64,000 nucleotides of DNA, taken from the sequence record PV029745.1; one strand, given 5' to 3'. The notes beneath the pieces are model-generated. The model was given only the letters and a program-made list of their open reading frames with translations, did no database searches and had not been told where the DNA came from. Numbering within the stretch: position 1 is the first letter of the stretch; each line of letters begins with the position of its first letter. The position numbers and the translations under genes are program-made. Below are positions 28,698 through 38,361 of this stretch, in pieces.

Positions 28698-31600
28698 TTA
28701 GTAGCCAGCACCTTTAGCGCCGAGCCATTCACTACCATCCCACAGAAGGGTGATGACAGTCTTGGTTGCAGCAGCTTCAGGAGCCGTGTTATCATTCCAT
28801 TTGAAGTTACCGCTGAAGGTCGGAATGACCGTACCAGTTAGAACCAGTACAGCTGTAATCATTCGGCCAGACGGACCATCACCTAGAGTGATAGTACGAG
28901 CAGCAGTAGATGGAACAGTATAGCACTGTTGGTTAGCCGGAGTGATGGTGAAGTTACCAGCAGGAGCAGCACCAGATAGCAGGGAGTAGGTATCAAATTC
29001 TTTCTTGATCTCTACCCACGCCGATGTACCAGCAGCAGTTGTCTGACGACCCCAAACTTTAGTAGCATCGATACCTGGTTCCGGAATGGTTACCAGTTCT
29101 TTCCACTCACCGTTAGAACGAGTGTAGTTCTTGGCATCCGGAGCATCCGATGCGATAATTGCAGCCGGTACCTCTACCCAGCTGGACACGCCAGCAACAG
29201 TAGTTTTACGAGCGTACAGTTTATCATCATTGGTAGTTTCAGGTACTACCGCAGCCCAAGCACCATCCTTACGAGCGTAAGACTTACCATCGCTAGCCGC
29301 GTCTTTAAAGACATCGGTTTCGACCCAGCTAGCCTTACCCTTCAGAACGTAATGCTTATCAACATCGTTGGCAATGACAATAGGTGCACCTTGTTTCCAC
29401 TCACCGTCCTTACGAACCATTGCAAGAGCAATGTTGGGAGTAGGAACGTCTGGTACAGCATCTACTTCAAGCGGAGCCCATTCGGTGGTGCCATCAGCTT
29501 TACCCTTACGGATATACTGTTCACCTTCTTCAGGGGTTTCCACTTCATCGACCAGTAGAGGTGCCCAGCCAAGTTGATAGCGAACCATCTTCTTGTTCTG
29601 ATCGGCAGTTTCTACTTCGGCTACAGGAACATCCAGAAGTTGGATGAATTCTTTCCAGCCAGTTGCGTCACGATACCAAACTTTACCAGACTTATCAAGG
29701 CACCAGTCATCTTGAGTACCAATAGTGTTATTCGGGATATCGACACCGTTCGGTAGAATTACCCAACGAGAACCTTTATCACCTTTTGCACCTTGAATAC
29801 CGCGAGGACCAACGATACCTTGGTCACCCTTATCACCTTTCTCGCCTTTGGCGCCAACGGTGAAGCTACCCAGGTTCAGATACTTCTCAGTATCATCAGC
29901 ACCATCGACAGCCCAAACAAACAGTTCTTTACTGTTTTCAGGACCAACCGAATATGCATCACCAATAGCACTAGTCGGATGAGCAGCTGTAAGAGCAGCT
30001 TCAGACGGATAGTCGCCAACAATTTTGATACCTTGGCCGATTTCACCGCGAGGACCTACTTCACCCTGCGGACCATCGTTACCTTGCGGACCCTGGATAT
30101 TGAACGGACCATCGTAGGTATTCGTAGAGCGGTTAGCTACGTAGATTACCTTAATGGTGTCATCACCCTGGATAACGGTAACAATGTACGCCTCGCCATC
30201 AGCGGGATCAGTTTCACCGGCTACCAGTTCAGGTAGAGCTTCAACAGAACCTACTTCACCAACGATGCGCATCGAGGCGCCACGATCACCCTGTTCACCT
30301 TTCTGGCCAATGGGACCAACAGATACGAACTGAGTACCACTAATGTTTACATAAACATCGCCGCCTTTAACAACAACGGCTTTACCTTTGTTGTCGGCAG
30401 TGGCCGGAGGAACTTCACCTACAGTGTCAACAACAGCGATGATTTCAAAGTTTTCACCCTGATCACCTTTGTCGCCTTTATCACCAGTGTCACCCTTGGC
30501 GCCAGTATCACCCTTATCGCCCTTGTCCCCTTTATCGCCTTTGGCGCCAGTATGAGTACCAAGGTCAACCCATGCTCCATCAATGAACATGTAGAGGTGG
30601 CGGTTATCGGCAGCTACCCAAGCTTCCTGTTCTTGCGGATCAGGTACGGCTTGAATGGCAGCAAGGTCAGGAAGAACACCGGAGACAACCAGGTTCTTAC
30701 CACCGTCACCGGTGTCACCCTTATCGCCTTTTGCACCGGTATCCCCTTTGTCACCTTTATCTCCTTTGTCGCCCTTCTCACCTTTGAATTGACCTAGGTT
30801 AATCAGGTCGCCTTCAGAGGTAACAGGAGTAGTAGCTACGTAGAAGAGGGTGTTAACATCGCGAACAGCGTAAGCTTTCTTGATGACAAGAGTAGCACCT
30901 GCGGCCAGAAGATCTGCCATGGTCGGATACGTACCAAGGATTTCCAGGTTTTCACCAGGAGCACCGTCTTGACCATCGATACCATCTTGGCCAGGATCGC
31001 CTTTATCACCCTTATCACCTTTGTCCCCTTTCGGGCCGTCGCCACCGATGATACCGTCTTGACCAGGTTCACCTTTCGGGCCCTGCCAAGTACCGAGATC
31101 CATCCAGCGGTTTTCATCGACGGAGAAGACGAATAGATGGCGTACATCGTCAACCATAACCGAATATGCTTCTTCAGGCTTGGCATCGCCAGCCAGAGGC
31201 AGATCATCTTCGGAAGCTAAGTCGGCTTTAATAGTGAACGGAGTAGCGTCCTTACCAGGTGCACCAGTGTCACCTTTCAGACCACGGTCGCCTTTATCAC
31301 CTTTGGCACCAGTATCACCTTTAGGACCCTCAGGACCCATCGGCACGATCTGAATGTATGCATAGTTGTCAGGGAAGATATCTTCTTCACCAGCTACAAG
31401 CATGAAAGTGTAAAGAGCATTTTTCCAACCGTAGGTATCACCTTTGGCAGCCAAGGGCGGAAGTTCTTGGTTATCAGGCCATTGACCACGAATAACAAGA
31501 CCAGTACCTTCCGGACCACGCATGTCACCGGAGTCGATCCACTGGCCAGCATCCGGCGAACCGGTTTCTGGGGCAGACCATACTTTCAGTACAGTAGCAG

Positions 31601-32021
31601 TGGAAGAACGAACGAACCAAGCATCACCAAATTCCCAACTATCGATGGGAGCAATGTTGGTTTCGAAATCGTCAAGAGTTACGGTACCTTTGATATTGGT
31701 AACGGGACCCGGTTCACCAGGATTACCTTGCAGACCAGTATCACCTTTAGCGCCGTCTTCGCCTTTCAGCGATTCGAGCCACTCGGCTTCGGTACCAATA
31801 AAGCCAGCATCGAGTGCCAGCTGATAAGCGGATTTACCATCCGCGCCATCCTCACCTTTCATTCCCTCGATTTCGGTCGGGTCTTTGAAAGTTGTAGCCA
31901 GGCCAGCCCCGGTCGAAACCGGGATCTTGCCTGCAACTACCTCAAGAGGATTGTCTTCGGTGGAGATACGTTTTGGTAACTCACCGTTAACGAAAACTTC
32001 AAATGCGGATTCACCAGCCAT
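28698..32021 (-). CDS. Collagen-like long tail/capsid fibre (1107 aa)
   Basis: Many Gly-X-Y runs (GDKGDKG) separated by 8-9 globular repeats; DGKxYxRxxGxW-type repeats; C-terminal fibre domain ending LWDGSEW. Confidence 0.85.
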   Translation of the reverse strand: MAGESAFEVFVNGELPKRISTEDNPLEVVAGKIPVSTGAGLATTFKDPTEIEGMKGEDGADGKSAYQLALDAGFIGTEAEWLESLKGEDGAKGDTGLQGNPGEPGPVTNIKGTVTLDDFETNIAPIDSWEFGDAWFVRSSTATVLKVWSAPETGSPDAGQWIDSGDMRGPEGTGLVIRGQWPDNQELPPLAAKGDTYGWKNALYTFMLVAGEEDIFPDNYAYIQIVPMGPEGPKGDTGAKGDKGDRGLKGDTGAPGKDATPFTIKADLASEDDLPLAGDAKPEEAYSVMVDDVRHLFVFSVDENRWMDLGTWQGPKGEPGQDGIIGGDGPKGDKGDKGDKGDPGQDGIDGQDGAPGENLEILGTYPTMADLLAAGATLVIKKAYAVRDVNTLFYVATTPVTSEGDLINLGQFKGEKGDKGDKGDKGDTGAKGDKGDTGDGGKNLVVSGVLPDLAAIQAVPDPQEQEAWVAADNRHLYMFIDGAWVDLGTHTGAKGDKGDKGDKGDTGAKGDTGDKGDKGDQGENFEIIAVVDTVGEVPPATADNKGKAVVVKGGDVYVNISGTQFVSVGPIGQKGEQGDRGASMRIVGEVGSVEALPELVAGETDPADGEAYIVTVIQGDDTIKVIYVANRSTNTYDGPFNIQGPQGNDGPQGEVGPRGEIGQGIKIVGDYPSEAALTAAHPTSAIGDAYSVGPENSKELFVWAVDGADDTEKYLNLGSFTVGAKGEKGDKGDQGIVGPRGIQGAKGDKGSRWVILPNGVDIPNNTIGTQDDWCLDKSGKVWYRDATGWKEFIQLLDVPVAEVETADQNKKMVRYQLGWAPLLVDEVETPEEGEQYIRKGKADGTTEWAPLEVDAVPDVPTPNIALAMVRKDGEWKQGAPIVIANDVDKHYVLKGKASWVETDVFKDAASDGKSYARKDGAWAAVVPETTNDDKLYARKTTVAGVSSWVEVPAAIIASDAPDAKNYTRSNGEWKELVTIPEPGIDATKVWGRQTTAAGTSAWVEIKKEFDTYSLLSGAAPAGNFTITPANQQCYTVPSTAARTITLGDGPSGRMITAVLVLTGTVIPTFSGNFKWNDNTAPEAAATKTVITLLWDGSEWLGAKGAGY

Positions 32022-34489
32022 TATACAACTTCCTCAAGTTCGACGCGCATCAGACCGGATGTGTTAGATACAGCGTTAGCTGCGTCGCAGTTATACCAAC
32101 TATTGCTATTCTTGATGGTGTAAGTATTTACAGCATCAGCATCGTCAGCTTTATAGGTGAAGTTAAGAGAACCGCTAGCACCCTTAGACAGATTAGTGCA
32201 GCGAAGTTTACCAGTCATAACTACATCTGTACCAATAGCACCTTCACGATTCGGGAAAGCAGCGATAGACATGGTACGAAGAACGAAGCCACCAAGGGTA
32301 TACTCGCCACCAGCTTTAAGGGTATTGACTGTAACGCCAGCCAGACCTTTGGCTACAACATCGGTAAAGTTGAAGATACCTTTAGCATCATCATCATGAA
32401 CGAGCAGTGTGCGTGTCCATACTTTCTTAGCTGCATCACCCACCCAACCAGCAGAATCCCAGTTACCGCCAGGAGCAGTCATCACAGGGGCTTCAGCCAG
32501 CGATTGAGTCGAAGTGATAGTGATGGTGTGACGCTGTACAACAGTACCTGCATTACCACCAGAGCGCAGACGAGTGGCAGGAGTGGTAACAGTCAGTTCA
32601 GGGGCACCGTTAGCAATCTTAACGATTGTCGATGCAGTAGACGAACTACCGTTAGCAGCACGTTGTGCAGTGATTGTCAGGTTATTAGTCAGGTCGTTGT
32701 AATTACCAGTCAGGTAAGAAACAGTTTTGTTTGCTTCAATCTGAGTCGGGTTAGTTACAGTCAGCTGACCATTAGCCGAGGTGTAAGTAGCGCTAGTAGC
32801 GTTAGTTACAGTGTTAGCAACGGTTGCATCTTCACCAGCTTTAATGGCAGTTTGACCAGCCGGATAAGTTACAGCACCGAATGTAATCGTCGGTTTCAGG
32901 TTGTTCAGCTTGACAACGTTGACTTTCTCAGTAGTACCAGCTACGTCGGACTTATACCACGCGGAGAAACTACCGGAGGCTTTCTTAACGCGGATACTGA
33001 ACGGTTGGTTAGTAGCAGTGTTACCACGGTCAGCAATAACCAGACCAGTCAGACTGTGAGTCTTACCAGCGGTCAGTGTACCATTGCGTGCTACGAATGC
33101 ACCTTCATCACGAATCTCATAACCTACCACATCTTGGTCAGTGGTGAAAGTGATCGACATTGTGTCGCCTGCTTTCAGCTCGGTTTGAGAACCAGGATAT
33201 TCACCTGTAAATGTAGCCGCAGTTACAACCGGCGCGGTATCCATGATTACATCAGTAGATGCCTTAGCACCATCTTCGTGAACAGCTTCGACCTTAATGG
33301 GATCACTACCAACCGGCTCAGGCAGATTAATAGTTACTTCACCGGTCCACATCGGGGCATTTGCACCAGCGACGAGAGATACATCTACGCCGTTAACTTT
33401 AACGACAGGACGATAGTTAGTATGACCGGTAATAGCAGCCACTTTAACTTTAACGTCACGAGTAGACGAAGAACATTGCACCAGAGAGAAACTATCCGCG
33501 GACTTAACCTTCTCACCGACGTTATCAGCGGCATTAACCGGAGTGATATCAGTGATGAATACGCCACCATTTACACCTTTCGGTTCGGCAAGCGACAGGT
33601 TAAATTCTTCTTCAGTACCAACGTATCCACCATCAACAGCGGATTCGTATGCGGACTTACCATTAGCGCCTTCTAGGCTTTCCAGCCATTGTTCTTCAGT
33701 ACCGACGAATCCATTATCACGAGCGATCTGATAAGCAGACTTACCATCAGCTCCGTGTAGGCTTTCGAGATATTCTTCTTCAGTACCAACGAAACCGGCT
33801 GCTACGGCTAGCTCGTAAGCAGATTTGCCGTCAGCGCCATCGATACCGTCATCACCTTTAGTACCGTCGATACCGTGGAGAGATTCCAAGTACTCAGCTT
33901 CGGTTCCAGTGAAACCAGCTTCGACAGCTAGATCGTAAGCGGACTTACCTTGATCACCCTGGTCGCCTTTGTCACCCTTATCACCTTTCTCGCCGGCATC
34001 GCCTTTGTCACCTTTTAGGGACTGGATGAACTCGGCCTCGGTACCGGTAAAACCAGTATCAAGAGCGGATTGATAGGCAGACTTACCGACGAGAGTTGCA
34101 AGGAATTCTTGTTCAGTGCCAGTGAAGCCGTTATCTACGGCAACTTCATAGATGGATTTACCTACAGCGCCATCTGCGCCGTCTTCACCTTTAAGAGAGG
34201 CGAGGAATTCGTCTTCAGTACCTACGAAGCCCTGTTGAAGAGCCAGCTGATAAATACCTTGACCTTTTAGACTTTCGAGCCACTCAGTTTCAGTGCCTAC
34301 GAAACCATTCTTTACCGCAACTTCATAAGCCGATAGGCCTTCATTGTTACGGATTTTAGAAACCATGAGACGGAAGTTCTTATAAGAACCATCTGCCTCA
34401 AGACGGATAACTTCTACAAACTCTTCACCTGTGATGGTGTTAAGAGGCTGCATTCCGGAGATCATACCCGGACTGGATTTAATGGCCAT
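32021..34489 (-). CDS. Fibre-like virion protein with GKSAY repeats and C-terminal Ig-like beta domains; start moved to MAIKSS
   Basis: Eight GKSAYxxAxxxGFxGTExExLxSLxG repeats; Thr/Val-rich beta-sandwich C-half; RBS aagga. Confidence 0.8.
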   Translation of the reverse strand: MAIKSSPGMISGMQPLNTITGEEFVEVIRLEADGSYKNFRLMVSKIRNNEGLSAYEVAVKNGFVGTETEWLESLKGQGIYQLALQQGFVGTEDEFLASLKGEDGADGAVGKSIYEVAVDNGFTGTEQEFLATLVGKSAYQSALDTGFTGTEAEFIQSLKGDKGDAGEKGDKGDKGDQGDQGKSAYDLAVEAGFTGTEAEYLESLHGIDGTKGDDGIDGADGKSAYELAVAAGFVGTEEEYLESLHGADGKSAYQIARDNGFVGTEEQWLESLEGANGKSAYESAVDGGYVGTEEEFNLSLAEPKGVNGGVFITDITPVNAADNVGEKVKSADSFSLVQCSSSTRDVKVKVAAITGHTNYRPVVKVNGVDVSLVAGANAPMWTGEVTINLPEPVGSDPIKVEAVHEDGAKASTDVIMDTAPVVTAATFTGEYPGSQTELKAGDTMSITFTTDQDVVGYEIRDEGAFVARNGTLTAGKTHSLTGLVIADRGNTATNQPFSIRVKKASGSFSAWYKSDVAGTTEKVNVVKLNNLKPTITFGAVTYPAGQTAIKAGEDATVANTVTNATSATYTSANGQLTVTNPTQIEANKTVSYLTGNYNDLTNNLTITAQRAANGSSSTASTIVKIANGAPELTVTTPATRLRSGGNAGTVVQRHTITITSTQSLAEAPVMTAPGGNWDSAGWVGDAAKKVWTRTLLVHDDDAKGIFNFTDVVAKGLAGVTVNTLKAGGEYTLGGFVLRTMSIAAFPNREGAIGTDVVMTGKLRCTNLSKGASGSLNFTYKADDADAVNTYTIKNSNSWYNCDAANAVSNTSGLMRVELEEVV

Positions 34490-34582
34490 TACGTATTCCT
34501 TTGTTGGAGAGAGTCTTCGCAACTACTCGTGCACGTCTTAAAAGGAAAATAAGACTCATAGAGTAGTGTATTATTTTAGCAA

Positions 34583-34614
34583 CATATAGGAGTCCCAAAG
34601 GGGACTCCAGTATG
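34583..34614. terminator. Hairpin terminator, CATA..TATG family
   Basis: catata-ggagtccc-aaag-gggactcc-agtatg. Confidence 0.8.
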
Positions 34615-34656
34615 CCTTTTCAGGAGAGCATCTATCTGGAGTTGCGACTATTTTAT

Positions 34657-35676
34657 TTACGCCACAACGGCTGGATCGAGTTTCCAAGAACCATTCTCGT
34701 CTTTGGTAAAACCAATGGCGTCCAGAAGTGCATGAATACCTTTAGCAGTAGCAAAGCCTGTATCATCCTCACCAGCAATGACAGCAGCTTCATCAACCTT
34801 AGTCGGAATATCCAGTTCAGGAAGCTGTTCTATTTTCAGTTTACCGTCCTCATCGAGATCTGCTTTCTTAGCAAGAGCATCAACCAGTCCAGTAACTTTA
34901 TCGATAGCAATACCTGCATCGATGATGACTTGTACTTCAGCGGCAGTTAGACCACCGATCTGAGCACCACCGACAGTAACGCCATCGTGAACATAAAGCT
35001 TCTTATTCTCAAGATCTACAAAGAACGTTCCTTCTTTGCCTGTCCAAGCTGCCGCTTCTAGAGCAGAGCCGCGACGATGTTGTAGAAGCAGTTCACTGAC
35101 TTCTGTGGCACGCCCTTCATCGAACGATACTTCTTTACCATCTTCAGAAACAACTACACCGATTTGTTGTAGAGTGGACATAACCGCACTCGGTGCATCT
35201 TTGATGTAAAGCTTTCGATCAAGTTCTTTCTTCTGCTGACGAGAAATAGGTTTATCAGCATCTGCTGTATTATCGACCTTATCTAAGTTTGCAAACGAAA
35301 GGTCAATTACTTTCCACTCTGGAAGACCTAGTTCATTTACAGTGAGTACCATACCAGCGTTTTCTGGAAGGATCTCAAATAGAGGATTGGTTGCAGAAAC
35401 CCATTGTTCTTCAGTGCCTTCATAACCCTGATCAACTGCGATTTGATACGCAGATTTTCCAACGAGTGTTTCTAACCATTCTTCTTCAGTACCGACAAAA
35501 CCAGCTTTGACAGCGCCATCAAAAGCAGAAGCGCCTACACGTAATTTATCTGCGAGTACACGATAGTTCTTATAAGAACCTTCTGTATCGCGAGCAACAA
35601 CCTCTACGAATTCCTGTCCGGTTAGACCAGACAGAAAATCGAGTTCAGAAACCTTTTTCTTTTCTTCAGCCATCAT
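34657..35676 (-). CDS. Fibre-associated protein with GKSAY repeats and an internal Mtd_N-like module
   Basis: N-terminus shared with the 32021 gene (EFVEV...GSYKN[YF]R); LDKVDNTADADKPIS; QHRRGS...WTGKEG..FVDLENKKLYVHDGVTVGG. Confidence 0.75.
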   Translation of the reverse strand: MMAEEKKKVSELDFLSGLTGQEFVEVVARDTEGSYKNYRVLADKLRVGASAFDGAVKAGFVGTEEEWLETLVGKSAYQIAVDQGYEGTEEQWVSATNPLFEILPENAGMVLTVNELGLPEWKVIDLSFANLDKVDNTADADKPISRQQKKELDRKLYIKDAPSAVMSTLQQIGVVVSEDGKEVSFDEGRATEVSELLLQHRRGSALEAAAWTGKEGTFFVDLENKKLYVHDGVTVGGAQIGGLTAAEVQVIIDAGIAIDKVTGLVDALAKKADLDEDGKLKIEQLPELDIPTKVDEAAVIAGEDDTGFATAKGIHALLDAIGFTKDENGSWKLDPAVVA

Positions 35677-35807
35677 AGATGTCCTTCAGGATTGGCTGCG
35701 TTGCACATATTCTTTTAACCTGATAATACCACCTTCAAACCTGGGGAAGTATCAGGTTAACAAAATCCTTTTCTAAGTGTTACCACCGTTAAAAGAACAG
35801 GTGGACG

Positions 35808-36587
35808 CTATGCCCGATGTTTCGAAACTTTATCTTCGAACAGCTTGTAGATCTCTGCAAGGGTACGTGGTACACCTTTATTGCTAAAGATCGACGGGTT
35901 TGCTTTAGCAGGTTTCGGGAATAGAACTTCACCGAGAGTTTTCTGATCTGCGGATAGGAATTTCTTAGCGCCGCCAGCACCAAGGAAATGTGCCAAATAC
36001 AAGTCTGTATCACTCGGTTCGCGATTGATTACTGGACGTAATACAGCTGCATTTCCTTTAAGGAATTCTGCACCCATTAATGCATTTGCACGTGGGTCTT
36101 TACGGAGTGCCCTAGTGGGATCTTTAGGTAGCCCGTATTTGGAACCATGTGCTTTGATCATGTCATCCCATGTAGCATCAAGGAACTGGAACCAACCAGT
36201 AGCCGAAGATGTAGATGCTTTGACAGTATAATCAAAAGCAGACTCAATGGAAGCGAATGTAGCGAGTAACCGAGGATCGGTACCAGTCATTGCTCCAACC
36301 GCATTCAGAGTGGGCATTGCAGCCGACCGAGATTTATTAGCTGTTGGGAAAGGGATAGCTTCCCATTTAGCAGGAACAGTAGCGGATTTGGCTAGTTCAG
36401 CTAGAGTAGCAGGTCCAACTTTTCCGTCAACCACCAAAGCTTTAGAAGCTTGGAAATCACGAACAGCTTTCTCTGTATCTCCACCGAAGATTCCGTCAGC
36501 GCTAACTGCGTATCCTGCGACTCGAAGTTTCATTTGTAGATCTTCCACAGCAGAGCCGCGGTCGCCACGTTTGAGTACAGTACCCAT
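35808..36587 (-). CDS. Modular endolysin: peptidoglycan-binding domain plus lytic transglycosylase (phiKZ gp144/KZ144-like)
   Basis: PGBD (LKRGDRG..V..LQ..L...DGIFG..TE.AV..FQ); catalytic FASIESAF; SSATGWFQF; LYLAHFLG. Confidence 0.95.
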   Translation of the reverse strand: MGTVLKRGDRGSAVEDLQMKLRVAGYAVSADGIFGGDTEKAVRDFQASKALVVDGKVGPATLAELAKSATVPAKWEAIPFPTANKSRSAAMPTLNAVGAMTGTDPRLLATFASIESAFDYTVKASTSSATGWFQFLDATWDDMIKAHGSKYGLPKDPTRALRKDPRANALMGAEFLKGNAAVLRPVINREPSDTDLYLAHFLGAGGAKKFLSADQKTLGEVLFPKPAKANPSIFSNKGVPRTLAEIYKLFEDKVSKHRA

Positions 36588-36604
36588 TTGTCTGTCTCCA
36601 GTAA

Positions 36605-37138
36605 TTAATGTTCCAGCTCACGAATCAAGCCGTCTTCCATTAGACGATAACCACCATCCTCAAGTAGACGTGCATATTGGTTACCTTCAACCATTTCGAT
36701 CGTAACGATAGTCGAACCGAAGTAGGCGTAACTACCAGTCATTGCAACGAGTTCATATTCGAATACGTCGTCTTTGGTATTAATGACAGTGGTAGAGAAG
36801 GATAGATCGTCCGGACCGAATGTCATCTTACGGGAACGGTTGATCTCTTCTGCGATGGCCGCAGGTGTAGCTACACCAGATAGTTTAATAGACGGATTAG
36901 GTCCAAGACAATCAGGGTGAGACAATTCCAGACGACGATAAACGAACCAGTCTTTTAGACTAGCTTTGTTATCGATCATCTCGATATAAGTACGCCCCGG
37001 AACACCAGAAGTAGGACTGAAGAACATATCTTCGAAGTTTACAAACTCGTCCTGAATATTCTTGTGTTTAGACGTTTCCCGAATCAAACGGCAAAGTGCC
37101 GCACGAGACGGGAGGTTATAAGGAAAACGATCGCTCAT
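36605..37138 (-). CDS. Virion structural protein of the phiKZ adaptor family with a C-terminal RxLEDG triple motif
   Basis: FVYRRLEL adaptor motif; ends ARLLEDGGYRLMEDGLIRELEH. Confidence 0.7.
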   Translation of the reverse strand: MSDRFPYNLPSRAALCRLIRETSKHKNIQDEFVNFEDMFFSPTSGVPGRTYIEMIDNKASLKDWFVYRRLELSHPDCLGPNPSIKLSGVATPAAIAEEINRSRKMTFGPDDLSFSTTVINTKDDVFEYELVAMTGSYAYFGSTIVTIEMVEGNQYARLLEDGGYRLMEDGLIRELEH

Positions 37139-37194
37139 TGTTAAACCCTCAATTGTGGTTTACAAAATTTACTTAACCCACATAGCATTATAAA

Positions 37195-37219
37195 AGCCCC
37201 TCCACTTAAGGAGGGGCTA
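37195..37219. terminator. Hairpin terminator
   Basis: agcccctcc-acttaa-ggaggggct. Confidence 0.7.
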
Positions 37220-37228
37220 ATATTATTG

Positions 37229-37633
37229 TTACTGAGTAGAAATTACCATCTTAATGATTTCAATAAGACCCATACCTAAAGTTTTAAAGATATCGGCTAC
37301 TTCTGAAGTCATTGGACCATCAGTGTTAATAACACTCATCACTACACCAGTGGACAGTATAGCTAACAAGGCACTTGCAGTTAAAATAGAACTGCGGTAA
37401 GTATCACTAGCTCTAACACCAGTGTATTCTTTTTCGAGAAGCTTCGACTGCTTTTCAAGATCAGAAAGAGAATAGATCTCAGTTAATACTTCATCGGCAG
37501 TTGTATTCCCATTAACACGTGCACTACCATCCGCATGTAACATACCGTTCAAGTATGCTACGATTTGACGATAGTTAGGAGCTTTCGACAAAGGCTTATC
37601 GCCAAGGTCACTTAATATTTTTTCCAGAGTCAT
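37229..37633 (-). CDS. Membrane protein in the lysis cassette (holin/antiholin candidate); start moved to MTLEKI
   Basis: Soluble N-domain, TM SILTASALLAILSTGVVMSVI and an amphipathic C-terminal helix; lies between the spanins and the endolysin. Confidence 0.5.
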   Translation of the reverse strand: MTLEKILSDLGDKPLSKAPNYRQIVAYLNGMLHADGSARVNGNTTADEVLTEIYSLSDLEKQSKLLEKEYTGVRASDTYRSSILTASALLAILSTGVVMSVINTDGPMTSEVADIFKTLGMGLIEIIKMVISTQ

Positions 37634-37958
37634 AGCTTCTCTCCATCTCTGACTGTTTTTTATCCCAGTCACGGAGCTTCTCGATTTGCAAATTACACGA
37701 TCCGAGATAGTCAGTCTGTAATAACCAGTGATCTGTCATCAATAGGAAACGAGCTTCCCATGGATCAGTGATCCCAGCTACTTTATACCGACTAGGTGCA
37801 TTGATGAGATCGTCAGCTGACGGTGGAGGAGCTACATAGCAAAGTTGAGTAAAGCTACTTGGTACCGCACTGCGGGTCCAGCCGCTTGGCTTTGCAGTAG
37901 TGCTCGTACATCCTATTAGCAAGGGTGATAAGAGCAACATCGTCAGTAACACTACCAT
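37608..37958 (-). CDS. o-spanin (Rz1-like lipoprotein) overlapping the i-spanin
   Basis: MVVLLTMLLLSPLLIGC lipobox, Pro-rich CYVAPPP, second Cys; starts out of frame inside the i-spanin 3' end (start could be 38000). Confidence 0.8.
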   Translation of the reverse strand: MVVLLTMLLLSPLLIGCTSTTAKPSGWTRSAVPSSFTQLCYVAPPPSADDLINAPSRYKVAGITDPWEARFLLMTDHWLLQTDYLGSCNLQIEKLRDWDKKQSEMERSYDSGKNIK

Positions 37959-38349
37959 TATCTTTAATGGCGGCGGTGGGATTCTTCCGAATAGATTCAT
38001 CCCGAATTTTTTCCACAGGGATATTTTCTGTAGTAGGCCACTTGACCCCAGAATTCCCGGATAAGTTAATGTACTCATCAATCACTCCTGCTCGTGATTG
38101 TTCCAGCTCTCTCAGCTCATCGACTTTTTGAGTGGTATACTGAGTAACGGTTTCATCAGTGATGGCAGCTGACTTACCCTGCATTTCGACTTTGACTTCT
38201 AGTTGACCATTTTTCTCAACTAAACTGCCATTGTGCACAAGCTGATCAGTATACTGGTTATAGAAGAACAACAGTCCAAGCCCACCGGTAATAACTATAC
38301 CGATAAACACCCAATTAAACCACTTGATGTTTTTTAACCAGTTGAACAT
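37855..38349 (-). CDS. i-spanin (Rz-like)
   Basis: N-terminal TM (WVFIGIVITGGLGLLFFY), periplasmic helical region, two C-terminal Cys. Confidence 0.8.
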   Translation of the reverse strand: MFNWLKNIKWFNWVFIGIVITGGLGLLFFYNQYTDQLVHNGSLVEKNGQLEVKVEMQGKSAAITDETVTQYTTQKVDELRELEQSRAGVIDEYINLSGNSGVKWPTTENIPVEKIRDESIRKNPTAAIKDNGSVTDDVALITLANRMYEHYCKAKRLDPQCGTK

Positions 38350-38361
38350 ACTACCTCACAT

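Noticed and set aside
32003-33676. 557-aa antisense ORF over the GKSAY fibre gene
   Set aside because: Shadow ORF from codon bias; composition is Ser/Thr/Cys-skewed and not protein-like.
28698-35676. Repetitive DNA (tcaccttt..., ggacttacc..., ttcttcagtacc...) as a CRISPR array or DGR template/variable repeats
   Set aside because: The repeats are in-frame protein repeats with synonymous variation. There is no constant repeat-spacer period, no adenine-specific mismatch pattern and no cas or RT gene.
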